A DNA stretch of 64,000 nucleotides. It comes from a virus. The notes under the pieces were generated by a model. It saw nothing but the letters and a program-made list of their open reading frames with translations, was not told where the DNA came from and searched no databases. How positions within the stretch are numbered: position 1 is the stretch's first letter; each line of letters opens with the position of its first letter. The stretch lies in the IMG/VR virus record IMGVR_UViG_3300006793_000013; one strand, 5' to 3'. Positions 40,896 to 49,194 of this stretch are shown here, one piece after another. The position numbers and the translations under genes were made by a program.

Positions 40896-41270
40896 TTAAT
40901 ATTTTTGCTTTGATGGGATGACGCCTCTGACGCCTCCTTTCGGATCTTCCATGTCCCCATTACGACGGAATATTAAATGTACATGTGGATACATGACTGT
41001 TTGTCCTGCACTTTCACCTACATTTAAACCTATATTGTAACCTGTGATATTAGTCTTTTCACTTGCAACATTATCATAACCCATAGTAATAGCAAAGTTA
41101 AAACATTTCATAATGTTTTCTTGTGTTGCTTCTTTGGGTACAACTAATAAATGTCCTTCGGTTACAGGATACTTGTCACGAAAAACAGTAAAGTCACGTG
41201 TGTCTATTTCAACTTCTGTCCACGGTGCTCTTTGTTCTTCTCTTGCTATTTGTAAAGTATCAGCCTTCAT
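40896..41270 (-). CDS. HIT family nucleotide hydrolase
   Basis: DKYPVTEGHLLVVPK, GQTVMYPHVHL histidine-triad region. Confidence 0.85.
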   Translation of the reverse strand: MKADTLQIAREEQRAPWTEVEIDTRDFTVFRDKYPVTEGHLLVVPKEATQENIMKCFNFAITMGYDNVASEKTNITGYNIGLNVGESAGQTVMYPHVHLIFRRNGDMEDPKGGVRGVIPSKQKY

Positions 41271-41497
41271 TAAAAGCCTCTTCGAATTGCGTTGTTAAAT
41301 TGCCTTGGACCTGGAGTAGTAAATTCAAAACCAAATGCATTTCCTACAAATACTCTACCGTTCCACTTCATGTGTATCTTATTGCCTGCCATAAAGATTT
41401 TTAAATAATCTTTAGGTTCAATACGATCAACTTCTGCTTCAGCAACTTTGCCATTGTCGGTACATGTAACTGTACATTTATTATCATAGGTCGTCAT
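41270..41497 (-). CDS. Hypothetical protein
   Basis: 75 aa ORF with SD AGGAG. Confidence 0.6.
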   Translation of the reverse strand: MTTYDNKCTVTCTDNGKVAEAEVDRIEPKDYLKIFMAGNKIHMKWNGRVFVGNAFGFEFTTPGPRQFNNAIRRGF

Positions 41498-41499
41498 AT

Positions 41500-41610
41500 T
41501 TACTCCTGATCTTTTTTAGTGTTATCGTTCTTTTCCATATTTTCCATGAGCTTCTCACCAACTATTCTATCCTTAGTGATTCCTAGCCATGTCTTAATAA
41601 ACTTAACCAT
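41500..41610 (-). CDS. Small hypothetical protein (36 aa, not in ORF track)
   Basis: MVKFIKTWLGITKDRIVGEKLMENMEKNDNTKKDQE fills the gap exactly and overlaps upstream stop. Confidence 0.5.
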   Translation of the reverse strand: MVKFIKTWLGITKDRIVGEKLMENMEKNDNTKKDQE

Positions 41611-41989
41611 GTTCAATATACCTCTTCAATTCTTTATCTTCTACATCTGATGGTATATCATTTTTATAAAATATTCTGTAACTATCATTACCGTATTTTC
41701 CTATACCATATAATTCAGTTGCATCTTCTCCGTTCCAGTTTTCAATCTGGACACTCATCTTATATATTCTTTTTGCTCTTACACGTTGCATACCTAACGG
41801 CTCTAATAATTCTTCTAGCATAGGAATAGTACAACTACGCAATAAACTATGTGCAGTAGGATACTTGTTAAACAATTTTGTAAGAACAGGCTTTGTTTGT
41901 CGCCTGTTTACTTGATTTAAACAAATAACACCAACCATATGTTGCCATACGTTTGATACTTGTTGTTGTACCATTAAATCTTCACGCAT
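41603..41989 (-). CDS. MBD4-like HhH-GPD DNA glycosylase
   Basis: ICLNQ, KYPT, LLEPLGM..VRAK, ELYGIGKYGNDSYRIF; start 41989 overlaps upstream TGA. Confidence 0.8.
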   Translation of the reverse strand: MREDLMVQQQVSNVWQHMVGVICLNQVNRRQTKPVLTKLFNKYPTAHSLLRSCTIPMLEELLEPLGMQRVRAKRIYKMSVQIENWNGEDATELYGIGKYGNDSYRIFYKNDIPSDVEDKELKRYIEHG

Positions 41990-42515
41990 AGTCAGCAACA
42001 TTTTCCCAAGGATAAACTAACCAAACATCTTCCTCGGCTTTATTAACTTCATGACATGTATAATCTACCTTATCAAAATCACTTGCTAGGTTTTCAGTAA
42101 GTGATGCAAAGCGAACATTTTCTTGCCAAATGTCTTGCCATGCTTCGCTATCAGGTAAACAACCTGCTTTCCAATCTTCCATAATCCAATTAAACGTAGC
42201 ACCAGTGTCATTGATGTCATCTATAATAAGAATATTTTTACGTGCTTTAGGATAACTTTTGCCGTCACCATAACCAAATGCATCTTCTGCCATCCAACAG
42301 TTGCTTTCGCTATCACGACTATCATCACGTAAACTTACTTTCAATGCTTCGCAACGTATGCCAGTCATGTTACTAATAATAGTAGCAGGAACATTCCCAC
42401 CTCTTGTTATTCCTACAATATAATCAGGCTTCCAGTTACTTTTGTACATCTGATTGACTATGCTTACACACATTTTTTCAACATCTTGCCAACTATAATA
42501 GTGCTTCTTAATCAT
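41982..42515 (-). CDS. Purine phosphoribosyltransferase (Gpt/XPRT-like)
   Basis: IVGITRGG, PRPP-binding ILIIDDINDTGATF, WLVYPWE. Confidence 0.85.
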   Translation of the reverse strand: MIKKHYYSWQDVEKMCVSIVNQMYKSNWKPDYIVGITRGGNVPATIISNMTGIRCEALKVSLRDDSRDSESNCWMAEDAFGYGDGKSYPKARKNILIIDDINDTGATFNWIMEDWKAGCLPDSEAWQDIWQENVRFASLTENLASDFDKVDYTCHEVNKAEEDVWLVYPWENVADYA

Positions 42516-42937
42516 TATTTTAAGTATTCCTCGTTATGTATCCACTTACCATTCTTAACAAAACCCCATTGCTGTGCTTTCTTACCCATATAAAAAATGC
42601 TCCAACAAGGAATTTCATTCCCATCTTTATCTTTTGCAAGTTCTAACCAATGTAAATCTTTTGCTGTTCTAAAACGTATACTACCAGGACCACGCCAAAA
42701 CTTACCTTCTGGTGTATGTTCCCAATAGCCGCCTTTTAGAATTAATGCTCCCCAACTCCATGGGTGATCATGTAGTGTAGGTTCATCACTTACTAGTACT
42801 TTGTGTAGTGTAATATTAAAAGGAAAGTCTTTTCTGTCTTTTAAAAACAAATAGTATCTAACCAAATAAGGAATACTACCAGTCCTATCATAGATAGTAC
42901 GCTTTCTTCCAACCCATTCTAAAAACCTTGTTAACAT
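42515..42937 (-). CDS. Cupin-like protein
   Basis: LHKVLVSDEPTLHDHPW..LILKGGYWEH...LHWLEL metal-binding cupin pattern. Confidence 0.6.
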   Translation of the reverse strand: MLTRFLEWVGRKRTIYDRTGSIPYLVRYYLFLKDRKDFPFNITLHKVLVSDEPTLHDHPWSWGALILKGGYWEHTPEGKFWRGPGSIRFRTAKDLHWLELAKDKDGNEIPCWSIFYMGKKAQQWGFVKNGKWIHNEEYLK

Positions 42938-43131
42938 TTGTGAATATAACCTCTCTTCACATTTTTAAAAGTTTCTGTTACTCTTTTGTTATACTCATCT
43001 TCGTCAACTGCAATACTGTTAAGTTTAGTTTCCCAAATCCTACGAGTATCTTCAGGCAACATTTTATTAGCAAGTACCTTTTTAATATTGCTAATTCTAT
43101 GCAGTTGTTTTGTTTCCGAATATGGTCCCAT
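42931..43131 (-). CDS. Small hypothetical protein
   Basis: MGPYSETK start; overlaps downstream start. Confidence 0.5.
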   Translation of the reverse strand: MGPYSETKQLHRISNIKKVLANKMLPEDTRRIWETKLNSIAVDEDEYNKRVTETFKNVKRGYIHKC

Positions 43132-43327
43132 AAGTATACCTTTCATGTGATGTATCTTTTCGACTATTCATTAGTCTTTGCACTGTCATGCCATGCTTTT
43201 CAGTCATGTCAATTAATCTAATACCTTTTAGATTATACATAAGTGCTTCTGCTGGAGTAAGCGCCATGCAGTCCTCAGGCTTCTTTGGCTCTGATACACT
43301 GTAAACTCTTTTCTTATGAATGTTCAT
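43097..43327 (-). CDS. Small hypothetical protein
   Basis: MNIHKK start, SD GGAG, ATGA overlap with upstream stop. Confidence 0.55.
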   Translation of the reverse strand: MNIHKKRVYSVSEPKKPEDCMALTPAEALMYNLKGIRLIDMTEKHGMTVQRLMNSRKDTSHERYTYGTIFGNKTTA

Positions 43328-43539
43328 ACTATCTCCTCTATAATGCCTAGCACTTCTGCTAAGGCAAAGATTGCTCCGGCTGCTATAAAAAGCAAACCAA
43401 ATTGTTCTAACATATAGCCTCCGTAAATTAAACACCCACAGCCGACTATTCTAAATATACTCTTTACTAAACTTACAGCAAAATGATTATCACCTGGATC
43501 TCTATTTGCTGGAACTATTATTTTTTCTGGTATTGGCAT
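43324..43539 (-). CDS. Small two-TM membrane protein
   Basis: Two hydrophobic segments; SD AAGGAG. Confidence 0.6.
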   Translation of the reverse strand: MPIPEKIIVPANRDPGDNHFAVSLVKSIFRIVGCGCLIYGGYMLEQFGLLFIAAGAIFALAEVLGIIEEIV

Positions 43540-43547
43540 ACTACTCC

Positions 43548-44231
43548 TTAACAAGCAAACTGTTGTTGCAGTTTAACATTATCCATAAACTCTTTCTTAG
43601 TTGCAGGATCATTTTTAAATGCACCACGTAATACAGTTGTTTGTGTTAAACTGCTATGAGCTCTAATACCTCTGTTTTCGCAACAACCATGTGTTGCTTG
43701 TACATAGACACCTACATTTTCACTGCCTGTTTCTTTTTGTATTGCGTTTGCAATCATAACATTTAGTTCTTCTTGTAGTGTTCCACGCATAGCACACCAT
43801 TGTGCAATCCTTGTGTATTTGCTAAGACCAAGTAACTTAGGACCAGCAATAATACCAATGTATGCTACACCTTTAACAGTCTGATGATGATGTGAACACA
43901 AACTTGTAAGTTCACTACGTACAACTAGCATACCTTCATAACCATCTTCGATGTAGTTAGGAAAACTACTTGGGTTAGGCATTGGATTATAACGTCCACT
44001 CATAATTTCATTGATGTACATCTTTGCCATACGCCTTGCAGTATCTTGACTGTTAGGATCTGTTTTTGTATCAATCAACAAGTGCTGTAACACATTTTCA
44101 AAAGCAGGAACTGCTTCTTCGATAAGTTGTTGTTTATCGCCTTCTTGAAGCACTTCACTGATATTGTCATTCGCCCAATATCTAAGACCTGCTTCTTCTA
44201 AGCGTTTTTTAATTTCTTTTACTTTTTCCAT
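43548..44231 (-). CDS. folE: GTP cyclohydrolase I
   Basis: TARRMAKMY, SLCSHHH, GLSK, LQEEL, HGCCENRG, GAF; SD GGAG. Confidence 0.92.
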   Translation of the reverse strand: MEKVKEIKKRLEEAGLRYWANDNISEVLQEGDKQQLIEEAVPAFENVLQHLLIDTKTDPNSQDTARRMAKMYINEIMSGRYNPMPNPSSFPNYIEDGYEGMLVVRSELTSLCSHHHQTVKGVAYIGIIAGPKLLGLSKYTRIAQWCAMRGTLQEELNVMIANAIQKETGSENVGVYVQATHGCCENRGIRAHSSLTQTTVLRGAFKNDPATKKEFMDNVKLQQQFAC

Positions 44232-44275
44232 TTATTTCTCCGATGTTTAGGCAGTGGATTGCCTTTTTAATAATA

Positions 44276-45316
44276 TTATTTTAGCACCTTTAGTAGATCA
44301 TTGCAACTGAAATATTTTTCATTCAGTGTTTCTACTTGTTTATTTAGGCTAGGAAGAAAACTTTTGTAATTTTCCATATAGTCAATTACACGTTCTTTCA
44401 CAGCCTCTCTATTGGAAATATAGGTTTTCCAATCTATTGTCCAATTACTAGGATATTTGAAAGGCAGCAAACCCATTTCAGTATAACTTAATCTGTCTGG
44501 TACCATAGGCAATGCTCCAACAAGAGCACCTTCATACCAACTAATACCTAGTGTTTCTTGCAAGTTAGCACTAAACACAAGTTTTGCTTCTCCTAGTAAG
44601 TTGTGATATTCGTTCTTTGATAGTTCACGTTCTTGACAAACTACCCATTCATATTGTGGAAGTTGATCAGCAAGATCACGGAATATTTCAACTTGCTTTT
44701 CAGGAGCAATCCTATGAGGGAATAAAATTAAGTCACGCTTTGGCATTCCTTTGTACATAGTTAATGTACTATCCATATAATGAAATGGCCAACCAGTTTG
44801 TACAACTTTAGATCTATCCAGTTCTGGAAATGATTGAAAGAACATATCTATATGAAACTCTGTTGCAAAATAATTATGATCATAACATTCAAACATACTA
44901 CGTTCTGCATTTCTAACCCAAGGCTTATCACCTATTAGTCTGCCTAAAAAATCTTGTGGATCATAACTACCAGCATGCCACATACCACCAATGCGAATGT
45001 TAATACCCAATAGTTCTGCCATGTAGCGTAATTGTACCACTGTAGGATTCCAGGCATCAGTGTACAGAAAATAATCGCCGTCCTTAACTTCTCCATTACA
45101 AAACGCCTCTGCAATTTGCTCTAGTTGTTTACTTTTATAAACATTAGTTCCGCCAAAGTTAAGAAACGCCCCAGGTGTTGTAGCCTGAGGCGTATCTCCT
45201 CCGTTAACTACATGAACGTCATGACCGTTGGCTTTTAGCAGTTTAGGAAATTCAGTTTTCCACTGCTTAGTGTAACGTGTTTCGACTGCTTCTAAGTCAA
45301 CAAGCCATATTTTCAT
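44276..45316 (-). CDS. GT-B fold glycosyltransferase (GT4-like)
   Basis: FPHRIAPEKQ donor-binding region, ETLGISWYEG (EX7E), ALPMVPDRLSY. Confidence 0.7.
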   Translation of the reverse strand: MKIWLVDLEAVETRYTKQWKTEFPKLLKANGHDVHVVNGGDTPQATTPGAFLNFGGTNVYKSKQLEQIAEAFCNGEVKDGDYFLYTDAWNPTVVQLRYMAELLGINIRIGGMWHAGSYDPQDFLGRLIGDKPWVRNAERSMFECYDHNYFATEFHIDMFFQSFPELDRSKVVQTGWPFHYMDSTLTMYKGMPKRDLILFPHRIAPEKQVEIFRDLADQLPQYEWVVCQERELSKNEYHNLLGEAKLVFSANLQETLGISWYEGALVGALPMVPDRLSYTEMGLLPFKYPSNWTIDWKTYISNREAVKERVIDYMENYKSFLPSLNKQVETLNEKYFSCNDLLKVLK

Positions 45317-45517
45317 CTAGTTTCTCCGTTTGTTAAATTTGTTTCGAAACGCCCTCTTATGATTGTTGCGATTCTCGAAAGCCCTCCATGCGCGACTCTC
45401 TTTTTTATAGAGATCTTTTTCATTAAACTTAAAGCCGTTGTAACGACAAAAGTCTCTATACAAGTCAAGATCATTGAAGATCTTAACCACCTCAGGGCGG
45501 TCTTGCCAGTAACCCAT
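45317..45517 (-). CDS. Small basic hypothetical protein
   Basis: 66 aa ORF, SD AGGAG. Confidence 0.6.
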   Translation of the reverse strand: MGYWQDRPEVVKIFNDLDLYRDFCRYNGFKFNEKDLYKKESRAWRAFENRNNHKRAFRNKFNKRRN

Positions 45518-45529
45518 TTTAGGTCTCCT

Positions 45530-45991
45530 TTAATAACTAGCATACTCAATGTGGGCACCGTTCTCTCCATCTTCGGAGACATCGATGTGGACTTCACGTC
45601 CGGGATATTTGTTTGTAATTTGATGCCACAAATCATCTGACATCATTTCACAGGACTTATAGTCAAGTTCTAATGTTTTTTCTGCGTATAACTTCTCCAT
45701 CCAACGTTTAAACTGAATAAACTCAATATCTCTGTCATTGTGTGTTACAGCGATACCTACTTTAAAATGGAATATGTGTCTGTGTGGATAACCCAAAAAA
45801 CTTACATCATATTCATCACCTGTTGCAAGACTAGGATCATCTAGTGCCGCAGGATACTTGTGGATACCTTCTTTTGTAAAGGTTACCCAAATCATTCGCT
45901 TTGCGTTTTGCAATGCATTTTCTTTGCCTTGTTTCATATCTTCTTCTCTCATTCTACGCCCCATGTAGTCGTAATAACGTTCTTGTTTCAT
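45530..45991 (-). CDS. QueD/PTPS-fold paralog, DpdL-like
   Basis: T-fold pattern EGIHKY, LGYPHRHIF, IEFIQFKRW, SCEMMS, VSEDGENG; lacks the QueD catalytic Cys before HxH; exact start uncertain. Confidence 0.7.
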   Translation of the reverse strand: MKQERYYDYMGRRMREEDMKQGKENALQNAKRMIWVTFTKEGIHKYPAALDDPSLATGDEYDVSFLGYPHRHIFHFKVGIAVTHNDRDIEFIQFKRWMEKLYAEKTLELDYKSCEMMSDDLWHQITNKYPGREVHIDVSEDGENGAHIEYASY

Positions 45992-46018
45992 TATAGCACC
46001 CTTTAATTCTAGTGTCAA
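45990..46018 (-). promoter_or_regulatory. Sigma70-type promoter TTGACA-N17-TATAAT
   Basis: -35 at 46013-18, -10 at 45990-95 (overlaps ATG 45991, so transcripts from it would use a downstream Met). Confidence 0.75.
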
Positions 46019-46539
46019 TCATTATCTACGATATCATCATTTTCATATTCACGCCAAGGTGTAAATTTTGAACGGTCCATTAGTTCGTGTATACTGTGTG
46101 TCCAAACACCTGGATTTGTTGCTTTAAAATCTTTGTCATCAATTTTAATTGTAGCATTGTACCCAAACTGTTCAATATAAGGAATAGGTACACGCAGTTG
46201 CGGAATAAAGTTGTCAAATTCAATTAAAGAACTTTCAAGCATATCTTCCGCATTTGCAATTGGAATGTCCAAAGTGCAACAAATGTCATCATCTAGGAAT
46301 GGTTCGATCATAGCCTCCCACTCACCGTAGTCTGAATCTTGACTTGGTTGAAAACTGTGGTTTGCACCAAAGAAGATATGTTCGCAATCGTTCTTTGAAT
46401 ACTGGCTGGCAATTTCATCAACGCTTTGAAGTCCTGTTACGAACAATGTTTTCCTACCATATGCAGGAGTATGTTCTACTTCAACACCAACAAAATATGT
46501 TGCGTCACTGCTTGTGCCTTGTTTGTATGACCTTTTCAT
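46015..46539 (-). CDS. Hypothetical protein in deazaguanine locus
   Basis: 174 aa ORF (FVGVEVEHTPAYG, HIFFGANHSF, TNPGVW). Confidence 0.7.
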   Translation of the reverse strand: MKRSYKQGTSSDATYFVGVEVEHTPAYGRKTLFVTGLQSVDEIASQYSKNDCEHIFFGANHSFQPSQDSDYGEWEAMIEPFLDDDICCTLDIPIANAEDMLESSLIEFDNFIPQLRVPIPYIEQFGYNATIKIDDKDFKATNPGVWTHSIHELMDRSKFTPWREYENDDIVDND

Positions 46540-46548
46540 AATTACTTC

Positions 46549-46830
46549 CTATTGACTTTCGTTACCAAAGTAGTGCGTAAATGCACCTTTGACGTTATTA
46601 AAGATACCAACAATTTGTTCTTTATTATCTGCAAGTTGGTCTTTACCCTGTTGCCAACTATCTTTTTGATATGCTACAGTATCGTTATATTCTTGAATAA
46701 CAAACTGTGATACCTTGTTGTTTACCGCAAAGTCTTTTGCGCCTTCAACATTCTTGATAATTGGATTATCATTTGCCTGTGCTATTGTTGCAAACATAAT
46801 TGCTGCAACTATTGTTACTAGTTTCTTCAT
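46549..46830 (-). CDS. Secreted or periplasmic small protein
   Basis: Sec signal peptide MKKLVTIVAAIMFATIAQA with AxA cleavage site. Confidence 0.6.
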   Translation of the reverse strand: MKKLVTIVAAIMFATIAQANDNPIIKNVEGAKDFAVNNKVSQFVIQEYNDTVAYQKDSWQQGKDQLADNKEQIVGIFNNVKGAFTHYFGNESQ

Positions 46831-48375
46831 TTATGCCTCCGTTAGTTCACTTTCTAGTTTATCTAGTTCAGTGTCTTCTCTGTCGTCAGTCCATGGAGTT
46901 TCTTCTTTACCTTCATCATCAACTTCAACGAACAACGAATTCGAAATGTTTGTAACACCTCCACGTAGTCTTGCACCTTCTAAGTTTTTAAGGAAACTGT
47001 CTGCTTCTTTAATCATTGCAAACGCTGCCTCTTTAGTAGGTTGTTCGAACAGTTCTTCAATAAAACGATCGAAGTACAAAATGTTACGTGGTACCCATTC
47101 CGAATATTCATCACTCTTATCTGCGTCTTTAACTTTACGCCATAGTCTCCAATCTGGTCTTACTTTCTTAATTTCAATGTCAGTAAGTTGATTAGCACGT
47201 TGTACTGCTACAATGTGACAGTAAACATTATGTGCCATCATTAATGCATAACCAAAACTATCCCAACTAGTTTTACCTTCTTTACCAATCTTGTTCAACA
47301 TGCCAGGAGCATAATGACAAATGTCAGCAATAGATAAACGTCTACCAATTTCACTTTCGAATGGAAATGGAATATCATGTTGATTAGCAAGTGCTTTATT
47401 ATCTGGAGCCTTGTCCATAATCACTGACCAACGCTTTGCTGTGTGTTGTGCATTTGTATACACAAGACCGTGTGCAGTTGCAATAAACGGACTAGCACAG
47501 TCAAAACTTACTGTAAAGTTTTCGTTGATGTGTTTACGTACTTGTCTTTGAATACTAGTTAAGTAACATGACCAATCAAGTTGTGCAGTACCTAAGAAGT
47601 GCATCCAGTCCTTGCCTTCTAACATACCATCAAATTTCAAAGTCATTAACCTACGTAATGTAATAGGCATCTTGCACATATTAGCACCGCCCATTGCCCA
47701 ACCTTCACATGCTTTATCGCCCCAAACGTTTGGATCGGAGAACTCTTTAACACCTTCGTACCACTTCTCAGCAGTATCCCAGTCTGATCCTTGTAAAACG
47801 TTTAAGAACTTTGTAGCACCAAGTCTACGTTCTAACCAATACTTGTTATTGTAACGTGTCTTGTCTAAGCAATCTTCAAAACTTTTAAGTCCTGTTTTAG
47901 GAGCATGAATATGATCACAAGCCCAAGTCGGAACATCAAGTAGCATTGACCAATCTGCTGTAAGCTCTAGCCAATTAAGAATATCATCACGTGTTTTGTT
48001 TGCGGCAGCACCTTCAAAGTTTAACCAATCAAATTTAAGAACACCTTTACCAACCTGATAACCACCCGAGTCACCTAGTATCATAGTGTTATTTCTATCA
48101 CGTTCTTGGACCATGGCATCTTGTGTCATAGTCTTTTCTAAGTTTAATTGTGCGTGACCTGCGGAATACAACCCATATTTGTATGTGTAGTATCCTGCGT
48201 CTGCATTAAGGAAGTTCATACCTTCTATTCCACGATCAAATCCTTTAGGAATACGATCGTTCGGAACAAACTCTCCTTGCCTCTGTTTAGCAATATATGT
48301 GCTAAAGAAAGAACTAATCGCTGGTAGATACACAGCATAGTCCTTTTGTAATGGTGTTAAGTTGACTGGTTTCAT
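46831..48375 (-). CDS. dpdA: DpdA-like DNA-guanine transglycosylase (TGT fold; subfamily unresolved)
   Basis: GDSGGYQ, MLLDVP, NVLQG, GWAMGG, MHFLG, SFDCASP motifs of TGT family; clustered with folE/queE. Confidence 0.75.
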   Translation of the reverse strand: MKPVNLTPLQKDYAVYLPAISSFFSTYIAKQRQGEFVPNDRIPKGFDRGIEGMNFLNADAGYYTYKYGLYSAGHAQLNLEKTMTQDAMVQERDRNNTMILGDSGGYQVGKGVLKFDWLNFEGAAANKTRDDILNWLELTADWSMLLDVPTWACDHIHAPKTGLKSFEDCLDKTRYNNKYWLERRLGATKFLNVLQGSDWDTAEKWYEGVKEFSDPNVWGDKACEGWAMGGANMCKMPITLRRLMTLKFDGMLEGKDWMHFLGTAQLDWSCYLTSIQRQVRKHINENFTVSFDCASPFIATAHGLVYTNAQHTAKRWSVIMDKAPDNKALANQHDIPFPFESEIGRRLSIADICHYAPGMLNKIGKEGKTSWDSFGYALMMAHNVYCHIVAVQRANQLTDIEIKKVRPDWRLWRKVKDADKSDEYSEWVPRNILYFDRFIEELFEQPTKEAAFAMIKEADSFLKNLEGARLRGGVTNISNSLFVEVDDEGKEETPWTDDREDTELDKLESELTEA

Positions 48376-48383
48376 AATATTAT

Positions 48384-49121
48384 TTAGGCCGCCTGTGCTG
48401 GAATGATATATTTGTATGAAGCAAGTCCGCTGTCTAATTCAATTTGAATAGCACCTTCATTACTCAAGCTCATCTTAGTGTTGTTAACATCTGCAATTTT
48501 TAAGATTGCAAGTACACTTGCTACAGGCCATGTCCAGCCTCTGTCTAATGTTCCTTCAACATCTTGTGCAAATACAAACTCACCACCATGTGATGATGCA
48601 TCACCAAAGATAAACTTTAAGTTAGTACCGTCAGTCTTTGCTAAGAATGTAGGATGTTCGCTGTTAGCGCCTGCTTGGAAATTAAAACGCTGTACTGCTG
48701 GAAGTGAAGGACTTACTTCTACGTCCCAGTTAACACCTCTAAACTTAACAGTTTTCATCTTTTCGTTGATGTGTTCTGTAAGCATAAACTGATAAGTGTT
48801 TTTAAAGTCTGCGTCTTTGTTTACAAATTCTAATCCTGTAGGAATAGTTGCACCATTGCGTTCACCTGACTTTACAGTAATTACAGCATCTTTTTGATAC
48901 TCACTACCGTCAAGTAAATATTTTAGTTTTTGCAACTGCGGCATACCAAATACGCCAATCATATCCGGATAAGGATTATGTGTAGTTGCTTCCATTATAA
49001 CTGATCTGTCATCAGCCATTGAAAACATAGTAGTTGAACCTTCTTCGCCTGTAATCTTTACAGTTGTAAGAAAGCCCAAGTTTTGTGTATGTTCCACAAT
49101 ATCTTTTAGAATGTCTTTCAT
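48384..49121 (-). CDS. Putative DNA polymerase sliding clamp (PCNA-like)
   Basis: 245 aa, directly downstream of polB; MADDRSVIM, GVFGM..LQKLKYLL and C-terminal YKYIIP resemble clamp motifs. Confidence 0.55.
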   Translation of the reverse strand: MKDILKDIVEHTQNLGFLTTVKITGEEGSTTMFSMADDRSVIMEATTHNPYPDMIGVFGMPQLQKLKYLLDGSEYQKDAVITVKSGERNGATIPTGLEFVNKDADFKNTYQFMLTEHINEKMKTVKFRGVNWDVEVSPSLPAVQRFNFQAGANSEHPTFLAKTDGTNLKFIFGDASSHGGEFVFAQDVEGTLDRGWTWPVASVLAILKIADVNNTKMSLSNEGAIQIELDSGLASYKYIIPAQAA

Positions 49122-49148
49122 TATAGAGTTCTCCGTTTGTTAATATAC

Positions 49149-49177
49149 ATTATATTTAGGTTTTTGTTTAATTGCAA
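49149..49177 (-). promoter_or_regulatory. Overlapping sigma70-type (TTGCAA-N17-TATAAT) and TAAATA late boxes
   Basis: -35 at 49172-77, -10 at 49149-54, TAAATA at 49153-58. Confidence 0.6.
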
Positions 49178-49194
49178 GAATTTTTTTAACCAAT

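Noticed and set aside
44232-44264. Canonical preQ1-I riboswitch upstream of folE
   Set aside because: Loop too short and the conserved loop and A-rich tail sequence are absent; kept only as a low-score finding
45530-45991. Canonical QueD
   Set aside because: No catalytic Cys before HxH; called a paralog instead
46831-48375. Ordinary tRNA-guanine transglycosylase (tgt)
   Set aside because: Lacks the C-terminal Zn-binding CxCxxC..H of tRNA TGTs and sits beside polB, clamp, folE and queE; a DNA target is more plausible but unproven
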